A program made the translations under genes and the position numbers. Under the pieces are notes generated by a model. That model saw nothing but the letters and a program-made list of their open reading frames with translations, did not search any database and was not told the origin of the DNA. Positions 8,850-18,482 of a stretch of 43,602 nt of DNA are shown one piece after another (the stretch's first letter is position 1; the number at the start of each line of letters is the position of its first letter). Where the stretch lies: positions 1 to 43,602 of the forward strand of contig JAKSHU010000001.1 of NCBI GenBank assembly GCA_024399175.1. The letters are read 5' to 3'. The stretch comes from an archaeon. GTDB lineage: Archaea > Thermoplasmatota > Thermoplasmata > Methanomassiliicoccales > Methanomethylophilaceae.

Positions 8850-10199
8850 ATGAAGGTCATCATCGTCGGAGGAGGTAATGTCGGACTGGCGTCCGCCAAG
8901 TCCGCCGTCGCCGGAAACGACGTCCACCTCATCGAGAAGGATGCGGCGGCCGCGGATCTCGCCAAGAACACACTGGCGGTCTCCATCCTCAAGGCAGATG
9001 CAAGCAACCCCAACGTCCTGCGTGACGCCATCGACAGGATCCAGCCGGACATCCTGCTCTCGGCGGTCAAGGATGACGGAATCAACATCTTCATCTGCAG
9101 CAACGCGAAGCGCATCGATTCCAGGATCCGCACCATCGCATGCATCAGGGACCCCGACTTCATCAATGACCAGGGCTACGAGGGCGTCGACGTCCTCATC
9201 TCGCCCGACACCATCTCCTCCGAGAAGATGATCAAGATCTCCCTGATGGAGAACGCGGTCAACTACGAGGAACTCCACATCGGCGACTACTGTCTCGTCA
9301 CCTACAAGATCGAGAGGGGACACGACATCGTGGGCCGCACCGTCATGAGCATGACCCTCCCCGAGGACTGCACCATCGTCTCCATCTACCGCGGCGAGAG
9401 GACCATCACCCTCGTCAACACCGCCGAGATCCACGCGGACGACAGGATCGTCGTCCTCTGCACCTGGGAGGGTGCCAAGAAGTTCAACAAGTTCATCGGC
9501 ATCAAGAAGGAGGCGAAGGAGTTCGTCATCCTCGGTGCCGGAAGCCAGGGACTCACCATCGCCAAGAGCATCTGCGACGAGAGCGGCAAGAACTTCGTCA
9601 AGATCCTCGACGACGACGTCCAGAGGTGCCGTGAGGCGTCCAAGCACCTGAAGAACGCCATCGTCGTCAACGGAAACATCGTGGACCCCAAGTTCCTCGA
9701 CTCCGAGAACCTCGACAGGGCGGATGCCATCATCTCCGTCACCAACATCGACGAGAGGAACCTGCTCGCCTGCATGACCGCACTCAGGTTCCACATCAGG
9801 AAGATCGTCTCCCGTTACTCGATCGAGGAGTACGAGGGCATCTTCAAGTACGCGGGAATCGAGTCCGTCGTCGGATACCACAAGATCATCTCCAACGAGA
9901 TCACCAAGAACCTCCGTTCCACGAGCATAGCCTCCATCTACGTCATGGAGAATCCCGGAGACTACTTCATGTCGTTCATCCTCGACGACTTCTCCCCCAT
10001 GGTGGGACACCTGTACGGTGACCTCGTCATACCCGAGGGTGTGAACCTCTGCGCCATCGTCAAGGACGACACGGCCGTCTTCCCCAACATGCTCACCAGA
10101 TTCAACAAGGGGGACAAGGTGCTCCTGTACATCCACGATGTCGAGCCCCTCCGCCTCACAGGACTGCTCGGAAAGAACTGCCCGGAGTACACGAGATGA
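8850..10199 (+). CDS. trkA: Trk K+ uptake NAD-binding subunit TrkA
   Basis: Two RCK-N Rossmann motifs (IVGGGNVG, ILGAGSQG), each followed by an RCK-C domain. TTTTTATA box about 25 nt upstream. Confidence 0.92.
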   Translation: MKVIIVGGGNVGLASAKSAVAGNDVHLIEKDAAAADLAKNTLAVSILKADASNPNVLRDAIDRIQPDILLSAVKDDGINIFICSNAKRIDSRIRTIACIRDPDFINDQGYEGVDVLISPDTISSEKMIKISLMENAVNYEELHIGDYCLVTYKIERGHDIVGRTVMSMTLPEDCTIVSIYRGERTITLVNTAEIHADDRIVVLCTWEGAKKFNKFIGIKKEAKEFVILGAGSQGLTIAKSICDESGKNFVKILDDDVQRCREASKHLKNAIVVNGNIVDPKFLDSENLDRADAIISVTNIDERNLLACMTALRFHIRKIVSRYSIEEYEGIFKYAGIESVVGYHKIISNEITKNLRSTSIASIYVMENPGDYFMSFILDDFSPMVGHLYGDLVIPEGVNLCAIVKDDTAVFPNMLTRFNKGDKVLLYIHDVEPLRLTGLLGKNCPEYTR

Positions 10200-11749
10200 A
10201 CGCCGTACTGATGAGGAGGATAAGGCACCTCCAGAGGTGGGAGAGCGGAACCATCCGCGTGCTGGGACTCATCGAGCTCCTGCTGGCGGCCGCCCTCTTC
10301 GTGTGCGGACTCTACGCGTACTTCGTCGGAGAGGACAGCACCATCTTCCTGTACATCTTCCCCATCGTGGGAGGACTCGGACTGTTCCAGACCATATTCT
10401 TCTCAAAGAAGGAGAAGATGATCCCGTCGGTCGGAATCCTCCTGATAGCTGAGATGTGGGCCATCTCGTTCGTCGTCTCGGCCATCCCCTTCATCATCTA
10501 CGGCATGAGTCCCGTCGACTCGTTCTTCGAGGGAATCAGCGGATACACCACCACCGGTGCCTCCATCGTGCAGGACCTGAACGTCCTGCCCGACAGCCTC
10601 CTCCTCTGGAGAGGCGTCATCCAGTGGACCGGAGGTATCACCGTATTGATCAGCTTCTCGTTCCTCCTCCCCATGATCGGGATGGGAGGTGCGGGACTGA
10701 ACTCCAACGAGTTCATGGGATCCGACAGCGACAACTACTCCCTGAAGATCACCACCGCCTCGCTGAACTTCCTCAAGGTCTACTCCATCCTCACAGTCAT
10801 CGAGATCTTCGCCCTGATGGCATGCAGCGTCTCCGCCTTCGACAGTCTCTGCATCTCGCTCTCCAACATCCCTACCGGAGGACTCCTCCCCAGGAACGAG
10901 AGCATGGCCTGCTACAACATCTACGCCCAGGCCGTTACCCTCGTCTTCATGGTCCTCGGTGCGATGAACTTCTATCTCATGTTCCGCGCGATGTTCAAGA
11001 AGGACGGAACCCTCCTCAGGAGCAAGGAGGCCAGGTTCATGATCAAGTGGTTCCTCGGCTGCACCGTCGTGTCGTTCCTCTTCATGTTCATCAACGGCGA
11101 CCTGGGATACGAGCTCGAGGGTCTCGACACCTACTCCCAGTATGCCTGGATCTCCCTCTACGCTGTCATCTCCTCGGGTACGGGTGCCGGTTTCAGCATT
11201 TACTCCTACTCGGATGTTCCCCACTTCATGTTCATGATCCTGATGATCGCGGAGTTCGTCGGAGGAACCTCGGGATCCACCGCGGGAGGTATCAAGATCT
11301 ACCGTCTGATGGCTCTCAAGTCCTACATCATGGGAAACCTCAACAGGGTCCTCCACCCCAACGCCATCTACACCATCCGTGCCGATGGAAAGAACATGGA
11401 CGACGACGCCGTCCACTCCGCCCTGTCGACCATCTTCCTCTTCATGCTCGGTACCATCCTCGGACTCCTCATCTTCATGGCACTGGAGCCCCAGATCGAC
11501 ATGGTCACCTCCATCGGAATCGTGTTCTCTGCCATCACCAACGCGGGAATCGCACCCGTGGACAACTTCGGATTCCTGACGTTCGCATCCAAGATCCTCC
11601 TGTGCTTCCTGATGTGGCTGGGTCGTATGGAGATGGTGCTCATCATCATCCTGTTCACCAAGGGATTCTGGAGCGACCTGCGCCTCAGTCTGGGACACAG
11701 CAGGGTCGCCAAGAGGAGACCCCACAACGGCGGATACCGCAGCCGCTGA
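10196..11749 (+). CDS. trkH: Trk K+ uptake membrane subunit TrkH
   Basis: Polytopic membrane protein with SGYTTTGAS, LLWRG..QWTGG, GGTSGSTAGGIK and MWLGRME; ATGA overlap with trkA. Confidence 0.94.
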   Translation: MNAVLMRRIRHLQRWESGTIRVLGLIELLLAAALFVCGLYAYFVGEDSTIFLYIFPIVGGLGLFQTIFFSKKEKMIPSVGILLIAEMWAISFVVSAIPFIIYGMSPVDSFFEGISGYTTTGASIVQDLNVLPDSLLLWRGVIQWTGGITVLISFSFLLPMIGMGGAGLNSNEFMGSDSDNYSLKITTASLNFLKVYSILTVIEIFALMACSVSAFDSLCISLSNIPTGGLLPRNESMACYNIYAQAVTLVFMVLGAMNFYLMFRAMFKKDGTLLRSKEARFMIKWFLGCTVVSFLFMFINGDLGYELEGLDTYSQYAWISLYAVISSGTGAGFSIYSYSDVPHFMFMILMIAEFVGGTSGSTAGGIKIYRLMALKSYIMGNLNRVLHPNAIYTIRADGKNMDDDAVHSALSTIFLFMLGTILGLLIFMALEPQIDMVTSIGIVFSAITNAGIAPVDNFGFLTFASKILLCFLMWLGRMEMVLIIILFTKGFWSDLRLSLGHSRVAKRRPHNGGYRSR

Positions 11750-11775
11750 ACCGTGATCACTCGTTCTCGCAAGGG

Positions 11776-11794
11776 GAGGGCCTATGAGGCCCTC
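11776..11794 (+). terminator. GC hairpin after trkH
   Basis: GAGGGCCT-ATG-AGGCCCTC, a perfect 8-bp stem 27 nt after the trkH stop. Confidence 0.4.
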
Positions 11795-11795
11795 T

Positions 11796-11860
11796 GGTAC
11801 AAATTGCATTTTTCTGCAAAAAGTACCTGGTACAAATTGCAGATTCCTGCAAATAGTACC
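11796..11860. repeat. Tandem pair of 32-bp palindromic units (33-bp period) directly upstream of the DUF4143 ATPase
   Basis: GGTAC-AAA-TTGCA-TTTTTC-TGCAA-AAA-GTACC (11796-11827) and GGTAC-AAA-TTGCA-GATTCC-TGCAA-ATA-GTACC (11829-11860). Confidence 0.9.
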
Positions 11861-11876
11861 AATCCTATGAACATTC

Positions 11877-13259
11877 ATGCTCAGGAGAAAGATGTACGAC
11901 ACCCTGCGGGAATGGAAATCCCGCAGACACAAATGTCTCTTGATCACGGGTCAGAGACAGGTGGGGAAGACATTCATCGTGGAGGCGTTCGCCAAGGCGG
12001 AATACAGGAACCACATCACGATCAACTTCAGTGATTCTCCGCAGATGGAATCGATCTTCGAAGGGGACATCACCGCGGAGGAGATCATCCGCAGACTGAC
12101 CCTTCACTTCGGCGCGGGATCCATCGTGGAGGGGGAGACTCTGCTGTTCCTCGATGGGATCCAGGATACCAAACGTGCGTTCTCGGCCCTGAAACAGTTC
12201 TCCATCTACAACAGGATAGATGTCATCGCATCTGGATCGATGCTTGATGTCAGGATCCCCCAGAGTGGGATCGGCGTCGAGGGGGAAGTGGAGAACCTGA
12301 TGCCCATGGGATATGAGGAACCCGTGACCATGCATCCTCTGGATTTTGAGGAGTACCTGTGGGCACGTGACATCCCCGAGGAGGTCATCTCGGGCGTGAG
12401 GTCCTGCATACGTGACAGGATTCCCATCGACAGACACACCTACGATGTCCTGACCTCGCTGTACCGGGAGTTCCTCATCGTCGGAGGAATGCCCGAGGCG
12501 GTGAGGGAATATGTCGAGACAAGGGACTTCAGACCTGTCAGCCGGGTCCAGAACGAACTCGTGTCCTCCTGCATACGCGACATCAACAGATACAACAGCG
12601 GCATCGACCGCGTGAAGACGGCGGAGTGCTTCGACTCCATCCCGTATCAGCTTGCCGACACCAATCGCAAGTTCATGTACTCGCGCATCAGCGGCGGCCA
12701 GGGACGCAGGTCATCCGACAGATATATGGAGAACCTCCTGTGGATCAAGGGGGCAGGCTACGGAAACTTCTGCTATGGTGTGACCCAGCCCGCCCAGCCC
12801 CTCGGGAAATACGTGAAGCGGGACATGTTCAAGGTCTACCTCTCCGACACCGGCCTGCTCCTGCACATGTATGGGGACAAGGCCCGCCTGGCGGCATACA
12901 ACGGGGACCATTCGTACAACTTCGGTGCGGTCGCGGAGAACGCGGTCGCCAACAATCTCGTCAAGAGCGGCATCGGACTGTTCTACTATGTCAACAAGAA
13001 GGGCGAGGGTAAGATGGAGCTTGACTTCCTGACGGAGTTCTGGGACGGACTCGTAGCTATGGAGGTCAAATCTGGAACCGACAGCACGGCCCGTTCCCTG
13101 TCCAAGGTCCGCGATTACTTCCCCGTGAAGAGGAGGATCATGTTCGAGGAGGACAACATAAGGGTGGATGAGGACGGCATCGAGCACTATCCCCTGTTCG
13201 CATCGGCGTTCATCAGGGACATGGACAGGGCTCCCGAAGGACCCAGGTTCAGTTACTGA
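11877..13259 (+). CDS. AAA+ ATPase (AAA_14) with DUF4143 and a C-terminal PD-(D/E)xK-like domain
   Basis: Walker A GQRQVGKT, IASGSML, MHPLDFEEYL, VGGMPEAV, KVYLSDTGLL and ELDF...MEVKSG. Walker B reads LFLDGIQ instead of DEIQ. Confidence 0.9.
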   Translation: MLRRKMYDTLREWKSRRHKCLLITGQRQVGKTFIVEAFAKAEYRNHITINFSDSPQMESIFEGDITAEEIIRRLTLHFGAGSIVEGETLLFLDGIQDTKRAFSALKQFSIYNRIDVIASGSMLDVRIPQSGIGVEGEVENLMPMGYEEPVTMHPLDFEEYLWARDIPEEVISGVRSCIRDRIPIDRHTYDVLTSLYREFLIVGGMPEAVREYVETRDFRPVSRVQNELVSSCIRDINRYNSGIDRVKTAECFDSIPYQLADTNRKFMYSRISGGQGRRSSDRYMENLLWIKGAGYGNFCYGVTQPAQPLGKYVKRDMFKVYLSDTGLLLHMYGDKARLAAYNGDHSYNFGAVAENAVANNLVKSGIGLFYYVNKKGEGKMELDFLTEFWDGLVAMEVKSGTDSTARSLSKVRDYFPVKRRIMFEEDNIRVDEDGIEHYPLFASAFIRDMDRAPEGPRFSY

Positions 13260-13345
13260 TGCACGTTCCCCGGAGACGGGGACGGTCATCCCTGAGGAAA
13301 ACCCAGGAACAGCAAACGGCCCCTGCACGGGACGAAGAGAAGTGT

Positions 13346-13360
13346 GGGGGCGATGCCCCC
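13346..13360. terminator. GC hairpin between convergent genes
   Basis: GGGGGC-GAT-GCCCCC lies between the stops at 13259 (+) and 13374 (-). Confidence 0.4.
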
Positions 13361-13373
13361 GTGAAGGTTTGGT

Positions 13374-14204
13374 TCAGTCCTTGCAGAGTGCAAGGATCCT
13401 GAAGACGGCGGGGCTTCCGGGCTCGATCTCGTTGATGGCTCCGGCCGCGATCTTGGCCTCCCAGAAGGAGCCCTTGTCGGCGAAGCTGAGTCCGATGGTC
13501 TCGAGTGCACCGAGGTGCTTGTTCTCGATCTTGAGGGCCTTGGAGGAGAATGCTCCCCCCGCGGTGGAGTTGCCGTTGAGCCACTGGTAGAAGGCCATGA
13601 GGGCGTATCCGTCCGCGGACTTGTCCTTCATCCTCTCCTTCGCGTACTTGGCGGCCTCCTTCTCCCTGCCTGCGAGGACGAGTGCGGAGATGTAGCACCT
13701 TCCGGCACGGTAGGTGGTGCTTCCACTGAGGATCTCCTTGGCGAGGGCGATGGCCTTGTCATGCTTTCCAAGTGCTCCGAGCGCCTGGACCTTGAGGACG
13801 CGGTCGACCTCCTCCTGCACGGTCATCGCTCCGAGGGCGGCGAGAGCGTCCTCGAACCTGTCGGTTCCGTGGAACACGGCGGCGCGTGCCCTGTGGATCT
13901 TGTCGCTGGGCTCCATGTCGGCGAGGATCTTGCCGGCATCCTTGAGCGCACCGAGGGAGATGAGTCCCTGGACGATCTGGTACTTGGTGTCAGCATCCTC
14001 GGGGACGTGACCCATGATGACGGAGATGATGGAGGGGAAGTTGGTCCTGTCCCCGATGGTGAGAAGCATGGAGGCGCAGGTGAGAAGGGTCATGGGATCA
14101 TCCTGGTTCTTGGATGCGAGGTCCATGATCATGGGTCCTGCGATCTCGTTCTTTCCTTCCTTGATCTCCTTGCGGATTGCTTCAAGGGCTTCGTTGTTGT
14201 CCAT
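13374..14204 (-). CDS. Helical-repeat (TPR-like) hypothetical protein
   Basis: Ala/Leu-rich amphipathic helices with TPR-like spacing (e.g. ALGALGKHDKAIALA, ALVLAGREKEAAKY); host-like codon usage. Confidence 0.75.
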   Translation of the reverse strand: MDNNEALEAIRKEIKEGKNEIAGPMIMDLASKNQDDPMTLLTCASMLLTIGDRTNFPSIISVIMGHVPEDADTKYQIVQGLISLGALKDAGKILADMEPSDKIHRARAAVFHGTDRFEDALAALGAMTVQEEVDRVLKVQALGALGKHDKAIALAKEILSGSTTYRAGRCYISALVLAGREKEAAKYAKERMKDKSADGYALMAFYQWLNGNSTAGGAFSSKALKIENKHLGALETIGLSFADKGSFWEAKIAAGAINEIEPGSPAVFRILALCKD

Positions 14205-14281
14205 AAGGGGGTGTACCTCTGTAATGTATTAAAGGTTGGGTGGGGGCGCACCCTTTAAAGTCTGCAGGCAAATCAGGGGCC

Positions 14282-15640
14282 ATGGACAGTTCCGACCCCT
14301 ACCGCAGCACCAACCCCTGGTCACTGGCAAGATACCTGAAGAACAACTGCACCAGCTGCCCCCAGTGCAGGAAGGCGTGCCAGTTCGACGTCACGGTGGA
14401 CAGGGAGGCGGAACTCATCATCATGCACTCGGCGTGTCCGGACTGCGGAAGGATCCGCCTCGTGCCATTCCTCGAGGAGGACATGGATCTCACGATCCTG
14501 AACGGGGCCAGCGTCTACGAGCCCGACCAGGATGTGTTCGACGCACTGACCCAGGCAGGGGATTTCGAGACCGAGGGGGCCTCCGCGGAGAAGCTCTCGC
14601 TGCTGGGGAGGATCGCATCCAGGTATGCCGAGACCAGACGTGTCGGGGCGGCGGTCAGGCTGGGCACCGCGGTGGCGGACGGGTTCAGGAATGTTGCAGG
14701 GGACGAGGCGCTGTCGCTGGTCACCTCCCTCGCCACGATGCTCAACAACTCCGACAGGAGCAAGGAGGCACTCGAGCTCTTCGACAGGTACAGAGACCTG
14801 GCGGAGGGAAGGGAGACCGGAAAGGCCTATGCCTTCCAGCTCGCACGTGCGTTCTGCGTCTTCACCAACGGCGATGCGAAGGAGCCTACCGCCACCGTGC
14901 GCGCCATCATCACCGCCCTCGACAGGATGCGCACCGAGGGCACGCTTCCCGAGGGGGACCCGTTCATCCGCTCCCGTGCCTACGAGGCCCTCGGAATGCT
15001 GCTCTCCGCGAAGAACGACAGGGCGGGATCCATGAAGGCCATGAGGAAGGCGTTCGAGGATGCCCAGGACGTGCTGAAGACCCAGATGTCCGAGGAGGGA
15101 CTCAAGTGGATGAACCGCTGTGCCAGGGAGTACGCGTTCTCCTGCTTCCACGCCGACATGAAGAAGCGCAGCATGGAGGCCCTCAAGGACGCCGTCAAGA
15201 CCTGCTCGCTCCACAGGGACGAATATCCGTTCGCCTATGCCGAGGCCCTGCTCGAGAGGGGAATGTTCATCTCCGACTCCAACAGCGACCTGCCCCCGTA
15301 CCTCAGGGGAGACATGGACGAGGCCATCGGGATCCTGTCGAGACCCGACGATTCGGGAAGGTACGACCCCCTGCTGCCCGTCGCCTACTACTACCGCTCC
15401 ATGACTGGCCCCGACAGGGAGAAGCTTGACAGCGCCGACCTGGAGAAGGCATACGAGATCATCAGGGACGGGGTCAAGTCGGGAGACGTGCCTGAGACCG
15501 TGCTCACGGCCGTGATGGACACCTACGCCACCTATCTGGACGTCTACGAGGAGGAGAAGGCGGTGACCGTCCGCAGGGAGCTCGCGGAGATGGGCATCTG
15601 GATCCGCCCGCCCCTGAAGAAGCCGAAGAAATCCGAGTGA
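14282..15640 (+). CDS. Hypothetical protein: N-terminal Cys-rich Zn-ribbon plus TPR-like helical repeats
   Basis: CTSCPQC...C...CPDC in the first ~50 aa, followed by helical repeats (AYEALGMLLSAKNDRAGSMKAMRKA). Start set at ATG 14282, after a TTTAAA box. Confidence 0.75.
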   Translation: MDSSDPYRSTNPWSLARYLKNNCTSCPQCRKACQFDVTVDREAELIIMHSACPDCGRIRLVPFLEEDMDLTILNGASVYEPDQDVFDALTQAGDFETEGASAEKLSLLGRIASRYAETRRVGAAVRLGTAVADGFRNVAGDEALSLVTSLATMLNNSDRSKEALELFDRYRDLAEGRETGKAYAFQLARAFCVFTNGDAKEPTATVRAIITALDRMRTEGTLPEGDPFIRSRAYEALGMLLSAKNDRAGSMKAMRKAFEDAQDVLKTQMSEEGLKWMNRCAREYAFSCFHADMKKRSMEALKDAVKTCSLHRDEYPFAYAEALLERGMFISDSNSDLPPYLRGDMDEAIGILSRPDDSGRYDPLLPVAYYYRSMTGPDREKLDSADLEKAYEIIRDGVKSGDVPETVLTAVMDTYATYLDVYEEEKAVTVRRELAEMGIWIRPPLKKPKKSE

Positions 15641-15734
15641 TTTCTGTACGATTCTGACACATCGTGTCTGATATCAAACATTTTCCCGAATATCATTAAA
15701 TACATTGTTCCCGATGTTTTTTCCGAGGGACACA

Positions 15735-16778
15735 ATGCTCACCAGGGTTTCAGTCACCGGACTTTTCAACGAGATCAACTACGACATCCAGCTGATGGAC
15801 GGCCCCATCACCTTCATCCACGCCCAGAACGGACAGGGGAAGTCGACCCTCGTGAAACTGATCTGCAACATCCTGCAGGGAAATCTCGAGGAGGTGCGCA
15901 CCGTGCCGTTCCAGAGACTGGACCTCTTCTTTGACAACAACTCCAGGCTCATCGTGACCAACCGCAACCAGGAGCTCAGCACCATCATGCAGAAGAACCG
16001 CGTGGAGGAGGAGATCCCCGAGAACGTTCTCGCCGACGTCCTCAGTGCACTCTACATCGATCCCGAGAGGCTCTACACCTGCGACGACCTCGGAAACCTG
16101 GTGCCCTCGATCGACCTCTACATGAAGGAGCTCTCGGACAGCATCCGCAGAGCCATCGGAGACAGCATGACACTCCCCGCGGTCGAGAGTGACGAGAAGC
16201 TCACCGACGCCGACCTGGACCAGATGTTCAAGAACATCGAGGCCAAGCTCAACTTCATCAGGCAAGCCGGATTCCAGCCCACCATCCCCTCCAACTGCAA
16301 GTTCCCCCCGACAAGGTACGAGATCAGCGAGAAGCACGACAGATACAGATCGCTGGCACTGTCGCTCAGAACCTATGCCGACAGGTACTACCCGCTCGCG
16401 GAGAGCATCGTCATCTACCTCGACATCATCAACACCCTCTTCGTGAACAAGAGGGTCGACATCAACGACAAGGGATTCCTCCAGGCCACGATGGACCGCA
16501 GCGGAACCATCATCCCTCTCAACAGATCCTCGTCCGGAGAGAAGCAGATCCTCATCATGTTCTACCTGCTCCTCTTCAAGGCATCCCCGGGATCGCTCGT
16601 GGTCATCGACGAGCCCGAGGTCTCGCTGCACGTCTCCTGGCAGCAGCAGCTCGGAAAGTTCATCAGCGACATCGCGAGGGTTCGCGAGCTCAAGGTCATC
16701 ATCTCCACCCACGCTCCCGCGGTCATCCATGACCGTTGGGACTGCGCCGTGGAGCTCGGCGACTCCCGCACCAACTGA
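15735..16778 (+). CDS. ABC/SMC-type ATPase (AAA_15/AAA_21), AriA-like
   Basis: N-terminal VSVTGLFN, Walker A AQNGQGKST, helical insert, signature SSGEKQ, Walker B VVIDEPEVSLH and H-loop STHAP. Confidence 0.88.
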   Translation: MLTRVSVTGLFNEINYDIQLMDGPITFIHAQNGQGKSTLVKLICNILQGNLEEVRTVPFQRLDLFFDNNSRLIVTNRNQELSTIMQKNRVEEEIPENVLADVLSALYIDPERLYTCDDLGNLVPSIDLYMKELSDSIRRAIGDSMTLPAVESDEKLTDADLDQMFKNIEAKLNFIRQAGFQPTIPSNCKFPPTRYEISEKHDRYRSLALSLRTYADRYYPLAESIVIYLDIINTLFVNKRVDINDKGFLQATMDRSGTIIPLNRSSSGEKQILIMFYLLLFKASPGSLVVIDEPEVSLHVSWQQQLGKFISDIARVRELKVIISTHAPAVIHDRWDCAVELGDSRTN

Positions 16779-16783
16779 TCCCC

Positions 16784-17653
16784 ATGATAGCCCATCTCAC
16801 CGCACACGACATCAGCAACGAGATGTCGATGATGCGCTCGGCCTTCAAGGGGACGTTCCTGGTCGTCGAGGGTGCCAGCGACTGCAGGCTCTACTCCAAG
16901 TTCGTGGACAGCGAATCCGTGAGGATCATGGTCGCCCACTCCAAGAACAACGTGATCGGTTCCGTCGGGGAGATGACCGGACGCCGTGCCGACGGGAAGA
17001 CACTCGGCATCGTGGACCGCGACATGGATTCACTCCTAGGAAGGAGGCGTTCCCCGCCGATCTTCCTCACCGACCGCAGGGACATGGAGTCCACCATACT
17101 GTCGTGCGACGCCCTCGATGACGTCCTCTCCGAGTATGCGGACCGCGAGAAGCTCGAGACATTCGTGAGGGACCACGGAAGCGTGGGCTCCTGCGTATCC
17201 GCCGGCGCCGCACGACTTGGCATCCTCATGTACCTGTCCTTCTGGAAGGTGATGTACCTCAGCTTCAAGGACCTCGACCACACGTTGTTCATCAATCCCC
17301 GCACCCTTGAGGTCGACATACCCAAGATGGTCGCCTCGGTGTACGGCAACTCGATGCAGCAGAGAATCCCCCGCGCCGCCGTGGTGGAGCAGATACGTCA
17401 GAACCTGGAACAGACCGGATCCTCCTGGGACATCGCCCGGGGACACGATGCGGTGGCCATCCTCCGCATCGGACTACGCAACGCGTTCGGATCATACAAC
17501 TGCAGAGGCATCACCGACGGCGAGCTGGGAGGCGCCCTCCGTCTGGCCTACGGCAGGGAGTACTTCGAGAGGTCCGAGCTCTTCCGTGCCACGTCGGAAT
17601 GGTGCGAGGCGAACGGGATCATCCTCTGGAACCTGAAAAACGGAAAGGAGTGA
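16784..17653 (+). CDS. DUF4435 / TOPRIM-fold putative nuclease, AriB-like
   Basis: FLVVEGASD (TOPRIM Glu), GIVDRDMD (DxD), TDRRDMES and ARGHD; starts 5 nt after the ATPase stop. Confidence 0.85.
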   Translation: MIAHLTAHDISNEMSMMRSAFKGTFLVVEGASDCRLYSKFVDSESVRIMVAHSKNNVIGSVGEMTGRRADGKTLGIVDRDMDSLLGRRRSPPIFLTDRRDMESTILSCDALDDVLSEYADREKLETFVRDHGSVGSCVSAGAARLGILMYLSFWKVMYLSFKDLDHTLFINPRTLEVDIPKMVASVYGNSMQQRIPRAAVVEQIRQNLEQTGSSWDIARGHDAVAILRIGLRNAFGSYNCRGITDGELGGALRLAYGREYFERSELFRATSEWCEANGIILWNLKNGKE

Positions 17654-17658
17654 AGGGT

Positions 17659-18393
17659 TCAGCGCCTCAAGGCCCTGACGATGAGATAGCTGGGGCGGTT
17701 TACCTGCTTCTTCATGCGGGGGACCTTCTTCATGAGCCTCTTGGACGGCATCGGTTCCATGACCTTGTCGATTATGAATCCCGCCTCGATCAGCGAGTTC
17801 ATCACGGTCATGAACTTGTGATGGTACTTCGTGATGGGCGCACCGATCCACTCTCCCTGCCTGATGCCCTCCTCGGAGTAGTGTTTCAGCATGTATCCGT
17901 CCGTGAGGTTGTTGGTGCGGCCCTCGTCGTTGTTGGCGGTGGCTATGGGGTGCTCCATGGAGAAGAGGAACACGGAGCCGGAGTCGAGCACCTGCGCGAT
18001 GTTCGTGAAGAGCGCGGTGAGGTCCTCGATGTAGTGTATGGTGAGCGAGCTGCAGACGATGTCATGCCTCCCGAGATCAATGATGGCGGGATCGGCGATG
18101 TCGCAGCGGACGTACTCGATGCGGAGATCGTTGTTGACCTTCCTGGCGTGCTCGAGCATCTTCTCGGAGATGTCGACGCCGGTGACGTGTCTCGCACCCT
18201 GCTCGACGTAGTACTTCGCGTGGGGTCCGAACCCGCATCCGAGGTCCAGGACCGTCCTGCCTTCCAGATCGGGAAGGAGCGCGGTGAACGCGGGGAACTC
18301 CAGCAGGTCGTTGAAGTTGTCAGGTTTGGACCTGAGCCTGAGATAGTTCTCGAAAAACTGCCCTTCGTACTGGGACTCGTTCCCGCCTTCCAT
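17659..18393 (-). CDS. Class I SAM-dependent methyltransferase
   Basis: VLDLGCGFG, VTGVDISEKML, SSLTIHYIED and FSMEHP. Start set at ATG 18393, with a CTTATAT box about 22 nt upstream. Confidence 0.92.
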   Translation of the reverse strand: MEGGNESQYEGQFFENYLRLRSKPDNFNDLLEFPAFTALLPDLEGRTVLDLGCGFGPHAKYYVEQGARHVTGVDISEKMLEHARKVNNDLRIEYVRCDIADPAIIDLGRHDIVCSSLTIHYIEDLTALFTNIAQVLDSGSVFLFSMEHPIATANNDEGRTNNLTDGYMLKHYSEEGIRQGEWIGAPITKYHHKFMTVMNSLIEAGFIIDKVMEPMPSKRLMKKVPRMKKQVNRPSYLIVRALRR

Positions 18394-18482
18394 GACGGTC
18401 AATTATGAAGGTCCGATATAAGCATCTTGCAGGGGGCCAGGGACGTGGGAAACCTTATAGGCACGGCTCCCGATGCACACGC

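Noticed and set aside
11796-11860. Possible mini CRISPR array
   Set aside because: Only two adjacent units with a 1-nt gap, no spacers and no cas genes.
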